Shown here: positions 21,970 through 24,665 of the stretch, in pieces
Position numbering within the stretch: position 1 is the first letter of the stretch
Layout of the letters: each line of letters starts with the position of its first letter
Assembly (NCBI GenBank): GCA_038872135.1
Contig: JAVZGN010000015.1
Span: forward strand, 1-24,665
Reading direction: 5' to 3'
DNA from: Candidatus Hadarchaeales archaeon
Lineage (GTDB): Archaea; Hadarchaeota; Hadarchaeia; Hadarchaeales; Hadarchaeaceae
DNA: 24,665 nucleotides
Notes under the pieces: generated by a model
The model's input: the letters and a program-made list of their open reading frames with translations, nothing else
What the model was told of the DNA's origin: nothing
The model's database searches: none
Program-made: the position numbers and the translations under genes

Positions 21970-24665
21970 ATGAGTAGAGATGAACTGTGGATCTGGTTGA
22001 AGTGGGCCGAAAAGGTTTTTGTTGGCTCCGGGCCCGAAGTCCCTTCTCACGCTGATTTTTCATCCCCCACTGGGAGCGGTGCCCCAAACATTGCAGGGGG
22101 TGCCGCTCCCTTCCCCCAAGCTGATTTTTCAACCCCCAAGAGCGGTCCCGATGACGTTGGAGGGGCCGCTCCCCCCACCTTTGTCCCCCTCTGGCAGAAG
22201 GTGGCTTCAGTCCTTCTCTGCATCTTCCTCCTCTTTTCTCCATTTCCTGCTCCTCCCGTTGCCGCCGCTGAGATTTCTGCCGGCGGGGGGGCTTTTGAGA
22301 ACACCGAGAATGTTGGAGGGGTCATCAGGCTTGTCTACGGGTACACTTCCGGGACATTTACCTCCGAGCCAATATATGTCGGGGAAAACTGGGAGGGGCT
22401 GGCGCTGTGGTGGAGGGAGGAGGAGCCGAGCCTCCTGCAGGAGATATCGCGGGCTGGGTTGCAGCCGTCCACTTCTCCCGCTGCAGGAAATGCCGGGAGC
22501 CTTGGGCCTGTTGCAGACGCCTGGACGAACATCACGATTTCGGGCTACTTGGAGAGCGCTGGAAATGTGAACGGGAGTTCTGAGAGCACCGGCGGAGGCT
22601 TCGGCCCCCACGCTGAATCCTGGACGAACATCACGATTTCGGGCTTCTGGCTTTCAGAAAATGGGGTTGGAACCGGTGAAGCGGAGAACTCCCTTCCAAA
22701 GTTTGCCGCCCTCGACGAAAACTCCCCGACGCTTGAGCAGGGGACTGACAACCTGAACCTTCCTGAAAACTCCGAGGTGCCAGAAAATGCCGTGGAGAAC
22801 CTTCAGGGTGGGGCACCGGCAGATAACACCATCCAGCAGGAAAATGCCGCCCCCTCCGCCAAAGAGAACATCCTCCTGACATCGAGCGTCAGGGTTCAGG
22901 TAAGGGTGAGCGAGAATGGAGAGGGATGGAGCGATTGGATTGGGCCTGATGGGAGCTCCTCGAGCTACTTTGAATCGCCGCCCGCAGATCTCTCCAGGCT
23001 TTCGGGGCGCTACCTGCAGTTCAGAATCTATTTCAGGAGCGATGGGCCAAGGCTCAGCGGGGCTTCCGGGCCGCTCGTCTCTGCTGTGATGGTGCTGCGT
23101 GGAGGGGAGGCTCCCGCTGAAAATTTTGCTTTTGAAGAGGTGGAGGAGCTCCAGGTGGGAGAGAAAGTCGGGGCGAGGATAAGGAGGCTCCAAAAAGGGG
23201 TGGGAAAAAGGGTTGAGCTCAGACGCCCTGGGCTTTCGCTGAAAAGGGTCTCGCTGAAAGTCCTTAGGGACCTAGACAATGTAGAGATCTGGGCGGAGCC
23301 CCTCGAGAACCTCTCTGGGATTCCCCCGCTGGAAAGCCGGAGGGTGGTGGAAGGGAACAATGAATATGTCTATGTTGGGGGCGGGCTGAAGGTCTATTCT
23401 TATGTAGACATCTCAACATCTGTTCCTGAGGGGCTTCTTGCAGAGGGCGAAGTGGAGTTCCGGGTTCCAAAGGGGTGGATGGAGGCCAACGGGCTGAAGG
23501 CCTCGTCATTTAGAATCTACCACTTTAACGGCTCTGGGTGGGAGGAGCTGCCGATAACCGCTGTCGGGGAGGATGGCGGGGAGGTCTTCGTCTCGGCCAG
23601 GACTTCCAGCTTCTCTCCATTTTCCTTTGCCTACGTCACGGGGGAAACTGTCTATGAGGGGGGAACAACTGGGATTTCTGGGGCGATGTACGATGATGGT
23701 GTTTATGAAAATATTTTTGAAAACGCATATAGATTTGGGCGGGAAGTCAAAACAGTCGAATTCATCATAGGGCAGGACACTAACACCAGAGCTGGCGGCT
23801 CAACTGTCTCTTGGCCCTTCACATTCTACATCCCTGAGTCGAACCCGCAACTTGAGAATGTGTATGTCCAGGTGACGGGTTCCAGATCCACCACGGCTGC
23901 CAACCTCCTCATCGCTGTAAACATAAACGGGACCCAGACCGGGACCTATGCGATGGCGCAGAGTCGCGAATCCTGCATGTTCAGAGTTTTCTATGACAAT
24001 GCGAAGAAGGTGATAACCTCTATAAACCAGGGGTGGAACGGACCATACACTCTCAATGTCACTGGGACTGGAGACACCTTTGCCCAGCTTGGTGCGAAGC
24101 TTATTCTCACCTACAGCTACGACGCCAGCTCCCCCATCCAGCTCAAGACCGTGAAATATCTGATAGATCAGGATACGGACGTAAGGGCTGCGGGGTCGAC
24201 CATCTCTGTCCCATTCGTCTTCAACATTCCCGAAGTCAGCCCGCAGCTGGACAACATCTGGGTTGAGGTGGAGGGGATAGACACAGCTTCCGGCGCAACT
24301 GCCCTGACGTACACCGTGAACATAAACGGCCAGCAGGTCCAGACTCAGCCAGCCATTCCGGACGGCGCTGAACTCACGGGAATTTTCACCCTCTACGAGA
24401 ATGCGAAGAAGGTGATAACATCCATAAGCCAGGGGACGAATGGGCCCTATACGCTAAACGTGGGAAACACCGGCGACAGCGTCTCGCTCGTGAAGTCGGA
24501 GCTTGTGGTTACCTACAGGTACGACGCTTCTTCAACTGTCCGAGAGGTGAAGACGGTGGAGCTCATCATAGGGCAGGACACTAACACCAGAGCTGGCGGC
24601 TCAACTGTCTCTTGGCCCTTCACATTCTACATCCCTGAGTCGAACCCGCAACTTGAGAATGTGTA
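21970..24665 (+). CDS. Large secreted/surface protein with PGF-pre-PGF-like domain and tandem ~133-aa repeats; 3' partial, absent from ORF track
   Basis: Open frame from ATG 21970 to the window end (898 full codons); hydrophobic helix KVASVLLCIFLLFSPFPAPPVAAA; 'VYSYVDIS...VEFRVPKGWMEANG...IYHFNGSGWEELP...ARTSSFSPF' domain; repeats starting about 23740, 24139 and 24541. Confidence 0.85.
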   Translation, partial: MSRDELWIWLKWAEKVFVGSGPEVPSHADFSSPTGSGAPNIAGGAAPFPQADFSTPKSGPDDVGGAAPPTFVPLWQKVASVLLCIFLLFSPFPAPPVAAAEISAGGGAFENTENVGGVIRLVYGYTSGTFTSEPIYVGENWEGLALWWREEEPSLLQEISRAGLQPSTSPAAGNAGSLGPVADAWTNITISGYLESAGNVNGSSESTGGGFGPHAESWTNITISGFWLSENGVGTGEAENSLPKFAALDENSPTLEQGTDNLNLPENSEVPENAVENLQGGAPADNTIQQENAAPSAKENILLTSSVRVQVRVSENGEGWSDWIGPDGSSSSYFESPPADLSRLSGRYLQFRIYFRSDGPRLSGASGPLVSAVMVLRGGEAPAENFAFEEVEELQVGEKVGARIRRLQKGVGKRVELRRPGLSLKRVSLKVLRDLDNVEIWAEPLENLSGIPPLESRRVVEGNNEYVYVGGGLKVYSYVDISTSVPEGLLAEGEVEFRVPKGWMEANGLKASSFRIYHFNGSGWEELPITAVGEDGGEVFVSARTSSFSPFSFAYVTGETVYEGGTTGISGAMYDDGVYENIFENAYRFGREVKTVEFIIGQDTNTRAGGSTVSWPFTFYIPESNPQLENVYVQVTGSRSTTAANLLIAVNINGTQTGTYAMAQSRESCMFRVFYDNAKKVITSINQGWNGPYTLNVTGTGDTFAQLGAKLILTYSYDASSPIQLKTVKYLIDQDTDVRAAGSTISVPFVFNIPEVSPQLDNIWVEVEGIDTASGATALTYTVNINGQQVQTQPAIPDGAELTGIFTLYENAKKVITSISQGTNGPYTLNVGNTGDSVSLVKSELVVTYRYDASSTVREVKTVELIIGQDTNTRAGGSTVSWPFTFYIPESNPQLENV
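23762..24665 (+). repeat. Exact 103-bp intragenic direct repeat (23762-23864 = 24563-24665), period 801 bp
   Basis: Base-by-base identity from tcatcatagggcaggacact to gagaatgtgta; the second copy runs to the window end. Confidence 0.95.

Noticed and set aside
21917-24266. Short ORFs listed across 21.9-24.3 kb
   Set aside because: All overlap the single long + frame starting at 21970, which the track missed because it has no stop in the window.
23762-24665. Diversity-generating retroelement TR/VR pair
   Set aside because: The copies are identical with no adenine-specific mismatches, both are in frame within one gene, and no reverse transcriptase is present.

Overview
Archaeal chromosomal window (archaeal-type ribosomal proteins, aIF6, aIF5B, Rpp21, Nep1, tungsten AOR; the lineage cannot be fixed from this sequence alone). 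1-12,990 is mostly core genome: the conserved minus-strand nep1-rnp4-rps19e-DNA-binding protein-rpl39e-rpl31e-eif6-rpl18a-pfdA-ftsY cluster, a ferredoxin/AOR/purC run, an MBL hydrolase, aIF5B, an orphan hicB, tRNA-Glu(TTC) and a NUDIX/YjjX/Lon-like run. 13,167-19,549 is an accessory island anchored on tRNA-Arg(CCG). Four further copies of the tRNA 3' end split it into four small integrase-free cassettes whose intact genes are all co-oriented (type IIG R-M; AbrB/PIN TA; small membrane protein; AAA+DUF4143 ATPase), and some junctions carry a shared inverted-repeat arm. At 21,042-21,128 is an anomalous class II tRNA with a Leu-type body but an Ala anticodon (CGC). It has a 25-bp partial duplicate upstream and a strongly base-paired 3' extension. 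The window ends inside a >898-codon repeat-rich surface protein gene missed by the ORF track, preceded by a candidate structured leader RNA.
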